This document shows positions 12,239-24,200 of a DNA stretch of 64,000 nt, one piece after another. The position numbers and the translations under genes are program-made. The notes beneath the pieces were generated by a model that saw only the letters and a list, made by a program, of their open reading frames with translations, made no database searches and was not told where the DNA came from. This stretch comes from Haliotis cracherodii (Eukaryota): NCBI RefSeq assembly GCF_022045235.1, contig NW_027266265.1:25296001-25360000 (forward strand), written 5' to 3'. The number at the start of each line of letters is the position of its first letter. Within the stretch, counting starts at the first letter, position 1.

Positions 12239-15200
12239 CTTGAAAAAAATCAACACACAACTCAAAATATCACGAGAATATTATTTTGATCGTTACGATC
12301 AGACGAAGGTAACTTTCTACACCATAGTGATGTCATATGGTATGTTGAAGGTAATTTGATTTGTTGTTTAACGCGGCACTCAGCAATATGACGACGGTTT
12401 GTAAATAATCGAGTCTGGACCAGACATTCCAGTGGTTGATATCATGAGTATCGATCATCATAACTGGAATACAATTATATGCATCAACCATGTCAGCAAG
12501 CCTGACCACCCTGTCCTGATAGTCGCCTCTTACGACAAGCATGGGTTGCTGAAGATCAATTCTAACTCGAATCTTCACGGGTCGAACATACTTTGAATAA
12601 AGTTTTATTCTTCGACAAGAAATAAAACCAGAGCATAAATGTATCTGGTCACAACAGTGAAATAGTTCGTGAAATATAGCTCACTTCTTGAACCAGTTCC
12701 ATCAAATCCTTCAGGAAGCCATGCAGTTCATCATTCTCGATACTTTCATTATGATCCTGTGTGAGAAATAACACTACTAAAGCAACCATATTACTCTGAC
12801 CTTTTCGTATGACTGGTATGCATAGGCATGCTCTAAAATATCACATAATGTCTATTCGTTAAGAGTGACCTTGACCTCAAAACCACTTCAAGTCTATATT
12901 ACTTTTAATGCGGAATCTACCCCGAGGAATATTACAGAGAGACACATTCCGGAAGTACACAATGCATTTACGTTTAATGTATATACGCAATATACGATGG
13001 GTACATATACTGTCTTCCTAATTCCAGTAAGGGTGTGTTCCGTTCAAAGGTGTTCCGACACAAGACGTAGCCAGGTGAACTTACCCTATCGTATAAGGCG
13101 AACACCTGTTCCACGTCTTCCTTCGTCAGTTTAGAGGCACTCTGTGGTCAGAAGAAATACCAGCTTTCCGTTATAGTAGAAATTCTCCCGTAGCTAACAA
13201 TGGAAACCTGTTGCTAATTCTTGAATGGTCACCAAATACGAAAATAAGGGATGGTTTTAAGGCCACAGTTTTGACGGCGTGTCACAATATGGGAGGACAG
13301 TTCAAACAAGCCGAGACGAGACGTTTACCACTTTGGGGCCACCCACGAGCAGATTTATGGTGCTGACAAAACAAGGATTATGATCGGGACGAATCTGGTA
13401 TTTGAACCACTGATCATTGGATCCTGGGACTGCTAAGGGACAGAACTGTGCACAACGAATCCGTGTCCGTGAATAGTTTGAATAGTTGAGCAACAAGTAA
13501 ACACTTTGTTGTAATCTAGTAATCTAGTAAAACCACAGGGGGTGGTGGGGTAGTCTAGTGGTTAAAGCGCTCACTCGTCACGCCGAAGACTCTGGTTCGA
13601 TTCCCCACATGGGTACAATGTGTGAAGCCCATTTCTGGTGTCCCCTGCCGTGATATTGCTGGAATATTGTTAAAGCGGCGTAAAACCATACTCACCCACT
13701 CACTCACTCTAAAACCATAGGTGTGTCCACTTCAAGAAGCATGTGTTAAAAATCGAATGAGACATATTAATGTAATGGTTGGTACCTGAATGCGCTAGTT
13801 AACATTCGAACTTGTAAAATGAGTGTTTGTACCCAGAAATGCTACTCTGCAGGAAAGCAGGAACACAGCTTTACTCACTTTGAAAATCGGGCGACAGAGG
13901 AAGTTCTCTTTCACCGGTAAAAGCCTGAAACACATTTATATACACACATCATAATCTTGGCAATAAAATGCGTGTACAAAAAATCCTCGTCACTTATGTT
14001 AACATTACCATGTAGATAAACTACTACTACTACTTCTACTACTACTACGACTACTACTACTACTACTACTATCACCACCACTACCACTACTACTACGACT
14101 ACTACTACTACTACTATCACCACCACTACCACTACTACTACTACAACTACGACTACTACCACTGCCACCACTTATACTACTACCACTACCATTTTCACTA
14201 CTACTACTATCACCACCACTACTACTGCCACTACCANNNNNNNNNNNNNNNNNNNNNNNNNNNNNNNNNNNNNNNNNNNNNNNNNNNNNNNNNNNNNNNN
14301 NNNNNNNNNNNNNNNNNNNNNNNNNNNNNNNNNNNNNNNNNNNNNNNNNNNNNNNNNNNNNNNNNNNNNNNNNNNNACCACCACCACTGCTATTTACACT
14401 ACTACTACTACTACCACTACCACTACTACTTCTATCACTACCATCACCACCACTGCTATTTACACTACTACTACTACTACCACTACTACTACTACTACCA
14501 CTACTCCTACTACTACTACTTCTATCACTACCATCACNNNNNNNNNNNNNNNNNNNNNNNNNNNNNNNNNNNNNNNNNNNNNNNNNNNNNNNNNNNNNNN
14601 NNNNNNNNNNNNNNNNNNNNNNNNNNNNNNNNNNNNNNNNNNNNNNNNNNNNNNNNNNNNNNNNNNNNNNNNNNNNNNNNNNNNNNCTTCTATCACTACC
14701 ATCACCACCACTGCTATTTACACTACTACTACTACTACCACTACCACCACCACTGCTATTTTCACTACTCCACCCTTCTCTTAGCTCCGAATACCCGTGC
14801 TCGTCGGTTTCACCGAAGTGGTAAACGTCTGAGACCTGCATCACTTCGGGCTTTCCTCCCACATTAAGCTGACAGGTCGTGATATAACTGTAACACTGTT
14901 AAAAGCGGCGTAAAACCCAACTCACTCACTCTTACCTCCGACCCTACTCTCCTGCTGGTGTTTCCGCGTTTCTCTTACCTCCGACCCTACTGTCCTGCTG
15001 GTGTTTCCGCGTTTCTCTTACCTCAGACCCTACTGTCCTGCTGGTGTTTCCGCGTTTCTCTTACCTCAGACCCTACTGTCCTGCTGGTGTTTCCGCGTTT
15101 CTCTTACCTCCGACCCTACTCTCCTGCTGGTGTTTCCGCGTTTCTCTTACCTCCGACCCCAACAATCTGCGGGTGTTTCCGCGTTTCTCTTAACTGCGAC

Positions 15201-18200
15201 CCCAAACTTCCTCATGTATTTCCTTCTTTTTCCGAAATCGTCGAAATCCCTTACTTACTTTGCCATTTCACTGAGTTGCAGCTTCCCATCTTTGTTCCGG
15301 TCAAACATCTGTAGCTGAAATAAAATAAAGAATTGAATTGAAACAGGATGTTTGTTTGTTTGTTGTTTAACGCCGCACTCAGCAATATTCCTGATATCTG
15401 AGTGACCCTTTTGTCTACCTACCGAAAACATGCTTTTCCTGGTAATCTTGTAGGCTTGGAAAGAGCCTTTTACATATAAGGCCAGGATCCCCATGCCAAC
15501 CATGACCTATTGGAGAGTGGTGCAAATATGCCAAGTAGTTTGCCTGTTCCAAGTGATGGCGGAGACTGTCCGAATCAGGTGCAAGTCTCATGGTGTTTTT
15601 TTCTTTTGTGCTTTCCATTTGGATGCCCTGACTTCTCCCAAACTTGCACTTTTGGAATCACAATAGACATGACGAATTAAAAATCGTTCCGAGTCCTCTA
15701 TGACTTCTTGTGTGACTGGAAGCTCTCTACCACAAATTGTTAACAGGTTCTGTGCTTCTTCAGAATGCTGGGTGCGATGTACAATACTCTTCCTGCCAAT
15801 CCGATAGAAACCAGAGTTATGGTCACATACAGTAAGCACATGAATTGGTATAATGCATTCTGCCCTTTCCTCGTCACACAATCGTCTAGCAGAGATCAGT
15901 TGGTGTTTCTTCTTGATACACATCGGGTGTTTTTTTAGCAACATATGACCATTGTTTCATAGAAGAGGTACAGACATCGTACACCACGCTTAAAATGTTT
16001 TCCTTGGAGTGCTTGATTAACAGACCCTTCTGCAAATACACCTGCTGCCACTAATACATCAGAAATCCCTGAACCCTTAAACCTCTTGTAAATGGCATAG
16101 ATGAATGACATTTGGAAGTGGAAGGGTGCAGTGACCGGCAACATTTTGCTGAACTGAACCACCTTCTCACTTTTCAACTCTAGCAACAGCAAGTAGACCG
16201 GATATTCACCTACAATGATTGCGAAACACATCATAGAGGATGGTCTTACTAGGCGGGTCAGAATATGTCATGTGGTATATTGCGCGGCTCTTCTCTTGTG
16301 GTTGTGACACGTTAGCATGAAACCCTTTTTAACCAGGCACTTGCTGTTCTTCTGGCTTTGGTCTTGAGAGGTCATTTTGGGCTCTGGCCAGTGCATGAAT
16401 AACACCACGTGTCCTCGAAGTAGATGTGTCCAAAAGAATACTGTTGTTTTCTGTCTCTGCCCTGATGGGTGGCTCTCCACGCTTAACTGTCTTGTATATA
16501 CATGGATCAATCTTCTGCATTTCACTTCCAAGATCCTTGAGAGAGGCAGAGACAGATGAGGCCAGTTTTGCACTGGGAGTTTCATGACTCTCCAACGGTT
16601 CCGAATCAAAAGATTCTGGTTGAACAAATATCACGTTAGTGTGGTGTGGTTGATCAGCACCAGTGAGTGTGTCACTCTTGAAGTCATCATTGTCTACTAT
16701 AGCCACAGCAGGTTTGCCTTCAGCAAGCTCGAAAGAACGATTCAATGAATGCTTTAGGTCAGTCGCTACCCAGAAATCCCGCAGCAAAATAACATATTTG
16801 TAGCTGATGCCCAAACCATCTTTGTGCATTACATCAATGATCTCCCTACTTTTTGTCAGTCCATGTAGCATGACTGACATATTCGTCTCAAATGCAGTGT
16901 GTTTTCAGGTGATGTAACTTGTGATGACAGAAGCAAATGAACGGACAGTTGGACAATCATCAATGACAGCCATCTTTGGATGCTTCATCCAGGTGATCAG
17001 CTTCAATAGAAGTTCACTCAGTTCTTCCTCTCTCTCCAATTCATGGATGTATGGAGGCCAGGGGACGGTGTTAATGGTCATGACTTGCTCCTTGAGTCGT
17101 GCTACAACATTCATAGCTAGCTGATCATTGCTAACACCAAGTGAATATATTGCAGTCTCAACATATGTTCATCCTGCTGTGGTATCATAGACCAGCTCAC
17201 TCTGATTCCTCTGATTGCGTTCATGAAATCCGATGCTTTCACCAATTTTTTTTTATTAGAAGTTCTTGAAGTAGCTTGATTTAACTATTGAATTATTCCC
17301 AAAATTTCAGATGATGCGCTTGTAATCATTCAGGAGACTTTGTACGGTACGGAATTCATGATCTTTGAAAATTACTTGATGAACATGATTGAAGAAAATA
17401 CTCTGTGCTTCTCGGAGGTTCATCCGCTGAAGATGCTGAGCGCTTTCATCAGTGATATCCTTATAGTCACTATTACAACTACAGAAGCTTTATTTAGGTC
17501 TATTACTACAATGCAGTGACTAATAGGCACCTGATACCGAATCAAATATAGCAAAATATTTTCCTTGGCATATGAAAATAATATATCCTTTGCAGAATTT
17601 ATTATAACTACCTTAGCATTAAGTCATTTGCTTTAACATTCAAAATTAGTTTGAGGTTGTTGATGTTGTGCTTCAAACAAATTGTTGAGGTCAAACTGAC
17701 AATTTTCCCCTCAATCCTTAGACATTGACCAATATCACAGTTAGATAGGGCATATACAACTATGTACATTACAATTCATACCAAGATCATTACAATCGGT
17801 TTATCATTTCTGAAGGTATGAAAATACTATACCCAACTGCTAAAGAAAGTTTAACGCATTACTCACAGAAACGCAAAATTAATGTTCAATGCTTTAGCAT
17901 GATCAATTTTGGTCGTTACTGATAGATTTGTTAAATTCAACATTTTAGCTGCAAAAGATAGAGTTCAACGGATTTATGGATGGACCGAGATACTTGACAA
18001 CACATCAACGCATCAACTGGAAACAGAAGGAACATTTTGTGCAAATTTGGATATAGTTGAATTCTTCTAGATAGATCTAAAATGTCTTTGACTTAGTCAT
18101 TGATATACAGAGAAGATAACACAGGATGGCACACACACAACTGTTTGGCAAGCCAATAGGACTCAGGACACTGAGTGCATGTACCTGCCACATATCACAC

Positions 18201-21200
18201 ATGGTTTTACAGAAGCACACGTGGATTTAAAGTTTTCCTGCAGACCAAAATGACCTAGAAGATAAAGACGCTTAGATCTGTCTACAGTGGCCAAGGCCTT
18301 CTGGAAATCTACAAAGGTTAAATAAAATATGCCTCTTCTTTTACTTTGATATTTTCTATACAAGTGTTTAAAGTACACAATTATCTGTATAATTGCATAT
18401 GTCGGCTGAAATCCAGCATGATTCTCGTTGATGTTTCGTCGTTTATTGCCAGATATTGCAGTGTGAAATGTAGCGGACATAAGGTAACATTTCCACTGCT
18501 GATGTTAATCCGTGAATAAGGGTGAGTAATCTCGAAAACTATTAGTTTGTAGTTGAACTTGTCTTCTACCAACATATGCTATATGACATGAGTTACAGAA
18601 GCATATCTTCATTTCCAGTGTGACTCCGATCTCGTGCATCGCATCTTACATCTTCATGTTTCATCATCAAGTTTCTGGTTCACTGCTGTAGGTATAATAC
18701 GAAGGTCACGCAGTTACAGGGCGAATGTGACATGAGGATTGTATGACACACTGCCCTCTGTAAAAAATGTGACGTAAGGGCACTGACCTCTGTAACAGAT
18801 GTGACGTGAGGACACTGCCCTCTGTAACAGATGTGACGTGAGGACACTGACCTCTGTAACAGATGTGACGTGAGGACACTGACCTCTGTAACAGATGTGA
18901 CGTGAGGACACTGACCTTCTGTAACAGATGTGACGTGAGGACACTGACCTCTGTAACAGATAGATGTGATGTGAGGACACTGACCTCTGTAACAGATGTG
19001 ACGTGAGGACACTGACCTCTGTAACAGATGTGACGTGAGGACACTGACCTCTGTAACAGATAGATGTGACGTGAGGACACTGACCTCTGTAACAGATGTG
19101 ACGTGAGGACACTGACCTCTGTAACAGATGTGACGTGAGGACACTGCCCTCTGTAACAGATGTGACATGAGGACATGTCTATGTGACACACTCTAAGGAG
19201 GAAAGCACACTCGTTTTGTGCTGAAGGTCTGGAGTTACAGTGGTAAATTGCATCCTGCAGAAGATGTTTGTTTCTTGTCATTTCACAATCGAATGCTTTT
19301 CCTCACGAGTATTAATTGAAAAGCTCTTTTTCCCATGATTACTGGGGACAACAATTGAAACTAATTATTGATGAACTAAGCATTGACGCATATCGCCATG
19401 AACACGTGATTTAGAACAGAAAACATCGATTGCAAAAGGTGGTGTCATAAGGTATTCAGTTTAACGGTTGTCATCATTCTCAGTGATACGTGGTGGAGAC
19501 CAACAACCTAAGGTGCAGTCGACCTTGACCATTTCACCAGTAGGTTGACATAGACTATGCGGACAAATGTATTGATGACCACCACAATATCGCCTTGTTA
19601 GAGGAGCAAGTCCTTTGTGTAGTAAATGATGCTTGAAAGGATTATGCTTGTGTTTTGTGGATGAGGTGGAGGACTTTTGTAAAACTAGCTACTACAGCAG
19701 AACGTCGATTTTGTGAACAATTGTTAATACCCTTAACTAACTCTAATTGAACAATTGTTTATAACTTGAACTAACTCTACGTAAACATTTGTTTACATTC
19801 ATTTGTACGTGTGGTGAATTGTCCTCAATACCCACATCGTACCTGATCATGAAAACAATTATCCTTACTGCATACCAGTAGTTATCTGTTCTTACTACAT
19901 ACCATCGTATCAGCACATGTGGTTATCTGTTATCTTACTGCATACCAGTAGTTATCTGTTCTTACTGCATACCAGTAGTTACCTGTTCTTACTACATACC
20001 AGTAGTTATCTGTTCTTACTGCATACCAGTAGTTATCTGTTCTTACTGCATACCAGTAGTTACCTGTTCTTACTACATACCAGTAGTTATCTGATCTTAC
20101 TGCATACCAGTAGTTATCTGTTCTTACTGCATACCAGTAGTTATCTGTTCTTACTACATACCAGTAGTTATCTGTTCTTACTACATACCAGTAGTTATCT
20201 GTTCTTACTGCATACCAGTAGTTACCTGTTCTTACTACATACCAGTAGTTATCTGATCTTACTGCATACCAGTAGTTATCTGTTCTCACTACATACCAGT
20301 AGTTATCTGTTCTTACTGCATACCAGTAGTTATCTGTTCTTACTACATACCAGTAGTTATCTGTTCTAACTACATACCAGTAGTTATCTGTTCTTACTGC
20401 ATACCAGTAGTTATCTGTTCTTACTACATACCAGTAGTTATCTGTTCTTACTGCATACCAGTAGTTATCTGTTCTTACTACATACCAGTAGTTATCTGTT
20501 CTTACTACATACCAGTAGTTATCTGTTCTTACTACATACCAGTAGTTATCTGTTCTTACTACATACCAGTAGTTATCTGTTCTTACTACATACCAGTAGT
20601 TATCTGTTCTTACTGCATACCAGTAGTTATCTGTTCTTACTACATACCAGTAGTTATCTGTTCTTACTACATACCAGTAGTTATCTGTTCTTACTGCATA
20701 CCAGTAGTTATCTGTTCTTACCGCATACCAGTAGTTATCTGTTCTTACTACATACCATCGTATCAGCACATGTGGTTATCTGTTCTTACTACATACCATC
20801 GTACCAATGTATGTTTGTTTGTTCGTTTGTTGTTTAACGCCGCACTCAGCAATATTCCAGCTATATGACGGCGGTCTGTAGATAATTGAGTCTGGACCAG
20901 ACAATCCAGTGATTAACATTATGAGCATCGATCCACGCAATTGGGATACGATGACATGCATCAGTTAACTCAGCGAACTTGACCACCCGATCCCGTTAGT
21001 CGCCTCTTACGACAAGCATAGTCGCTTTTTACAGCAAACATGGGTTGCTGAAGATCTATTCTACCCCGGATATTCACGGGTCGTATCAATGTATGTGATG
21101 ACCTCTTCTTACTACATACCATCGTATCAGCATATGTGGTTTGTCTGTTCTTACTACATACCATTGTATCAGCATATGTGATGAGCTGTTCTTCAGAAAC

Positions 21201-24200
21201 TTCTCTTTCTTTTTTGGACTGCTTGAGAAGGTCGTAAAGAAAATTCTGTAAAAACGAAAGTGCGAAAATGATGAAACCCGACGGTGACAGTCATCCAGTG
21301 TCAGTAGAGCACATATTACTCCCTGTAACAATGTTGACATCCCTCCCATTATAACCTTGGTCACACCGACAGAACGACGTTATGATTATACTTATTCATT
21401 ATTGTTCAAAGCATCTACCATTTGATTCGAGTAGAGATGTGTTCAGAGTTCTAGTTTGGATACTTGGTTTCTGTAGCAGTATGGTATCTAATTATTATTT
21501 GTTTGGTATAATTTCATTTGACAATAGGTCCTTCGTAAAACCTTACACCTGTACAGCCTATTATCTGCAGCTATTTAGAGGTGGACTTTGTACCTTGAGT
21601 TCGTCTGCTTCAATGTAGCCGCTGTGGTCAGTGTCATACTGGCGCCAGATCTGGAGACACACAGATGGGATTTTATCGAAAAAAATATATTGCCCCAGAA
21701 AAAGCTTAAAAACAAAACTGTCAGCCGCAAAAAAAGTTTTGTTACAAGACTGTTTTTATACAAAAGTATTTAGGCTGATAGTTTGTTTGTTTTTAAATCA
21801 GGTTTTGCAGATGTAGCTGATAAAATAACTAGTCTCCACACAAAGTCTGTACATCACATTATCATGTAATGGAAAAACCAAGGCTCGCTAAATACAATGT
21901 TTATTCCTAATACAGGATATTTACCATCCCTAAATACACTCGCGTGATAACCTCTATGTATTACCAGCCCATGAAGGGATATTTACACCTACCTTCATGA
22001 ACTCCACGCTGGACTCTAAAGGATGTTCATGCCGAAATAACAACAGAAAATTTTCCTCCATAGGCAAAATCTGGGCTAACTGAAATATATTGAAAGCACA
22101 GAAAAGTTGACAGTAACTGCTGATGAACACAACCACTAACGGAAACTTCAGTCGCAGTTTTGCTGATCTGGTGATATTACTAGTTTGCATCAAGGACAGT
22201 TCAATGTAAGTGTCCACATGTCCACCTCCTGCTCGGACTACCTGCCTGTAAGTGTACTTGCGTCATGTTGCAAAAACTACACCTCAGCTTTAAAATCCCT
22301 CCTGTAAAGTTTTGTGTAACTAACGAGAAATAATCGAGGAATGCCTAGAAGAATCAAAGAATCATCCCGATTAAACACAACCGTACCATCAAAGGCTGTT
22401 CACACAAACTATAAACATTACTGGACAGATGACAATAAGACGGATGTGTATTCCCTGAAAGGGAGGAATAAAGCGTTAAATCAGTGGATGGCTTCTTGAG
22501 CGTTAACTTTAGAGTCATGTATTATTGTTACAACACATACCAAAGCAAACGTTTCAAGACTCGAGTATGTTTTCACATTCCAATTAAGTTAGTGTATTTA
22601 GTTGACCCAACATCGTCTCATCTGATCGAAATTGAACTGGCTACACGAACCACGTATACTATCGACTGTGCTGGATGACACGAGCAAAACCCACTATTTC
22701 TGCAAATTACATGGTACTAACTAAACGATTTATCGACAAGTCACGTTGCCTACGTTCTCAAGTAACGAATGTCATATGTGTTGTGGGAGTAGAAACGACA
22801 TATATTAAGGATCTATGATAAACATTGATGTGCAGTATTCTTCACTACGGTCGACATCAATACAGGATAAAATATGAGTGTACCGTTAGGAGACAAACTT
22901 AAAGTTGCTCCCGACAACACACGCAATGCTACTTGAGGAGCATCCTTCGTGAAGCAGGGTGCTATCTCCATTATATTGTAATGAGACCCTAAACCCTTCA
23001 TGCCGGAAGTCACGTCACAATCTCATTTTCTCTTATCACTAAACTAGAAATTATATGACGTCTCGCTTATGACTATAACTTGATTGGACGGCTATTTTTA
23101 GCGTCATGTCCAAAAGAAATGGGTCGGGTGAACTTAAAATAACAGTATGGAGACACTGAATAATCGAAGATACAATTGTAGTGGCTGTGGTAGTTTCAGT
23201 TAGTGCTGGTTGTAGCTGTCATGTATGTACATGGTGGTAGTTGGAGGTAGTGCTGGTTGTAGCTGTCATGTATGTACATGGTGGTAGTTGGAGGTAGTGC
23301 TGGTTGTAGCTGTCATGTATGTACATGGTGGTAGTTGGAGGTAGTGCTGGTTGTAGCTGTCATGTATGTACATGGTGGTAGTTGGAGGTAGTGCTGGTTG
23401 TAGCTGTCATGTATGTACATGGTGGTTGTTGGAGGTAGTGCTGGTTGTAGCTGTCATGTATGTACATGGTGGTAGTTGGAGGTAGTGCTGGTTGTAGCTG
23501 TCATGTATGTACATGGTGGTTGTTGGAGGTAGTGCTGGTTGTAGCTGTCATATATGTACATGGTGGTAAGTTGGAGGTAGTTCTGGTTGTAGCTGTCATG
23601 TATGTACATGGTGGTAGTTGGAGGTAGTGCTGGTTGTAGCTGTCATGTATGTACATGGTGGTAAGTTGGAGGTAGTGCTGGTTGTAGCTGTCATGTATGT
23701 ACATGGTGGTAAGTTGGAGATAGTGCTGGTTGTAGCTGTCATATATGTACATGGTGGTAGTTGAAGGTAGTGCTGGTTGTAGCTGTCATGTATGTACATG
23801 GTGGTAAGTTGGAGATAGTGCTGGTTGTAGCTGTCATGTATGTACATGGTGGTAGTTGGAGGTAGTGCTGGTTGTAGCTGTCATGTATGTACATGGTGGT
23901 AGTTGGAGGTAGTGCTGGTTGTAGCTGTCATGTATGTACATGGTGGTTGTTGGAGATAGTGCTGGTTGTAGCTGTCATGTATGTACATGGTGGTAGTTGA
24001 AGGTAGTGCTGGTTGTAGCTGTCATGTATGTACATGGTGGTTGTTGGAGATAGTGCTGGTTGTAGCTGTCATGTATGTACATGGTGGTTGTTGGAGGTAG
24101 TGCTGGTTGTAGCTGTCATGTATGTACATGGTGGTAAGTTGGAGGTAGTGCTGGTTGTAGCTGTCATGTATGTACATGGTGGTAGTTGAAGGTAGTGCTC

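Noticed and set aside
13911-14862. Poly-Val and Ser/Gly ORFs
   Set aside because: Trinucleotide repeat and N-gaps.
19917-20769. 150- and 279-aa ORFs
   Set aside because: Translations of the 27-bp repeat.
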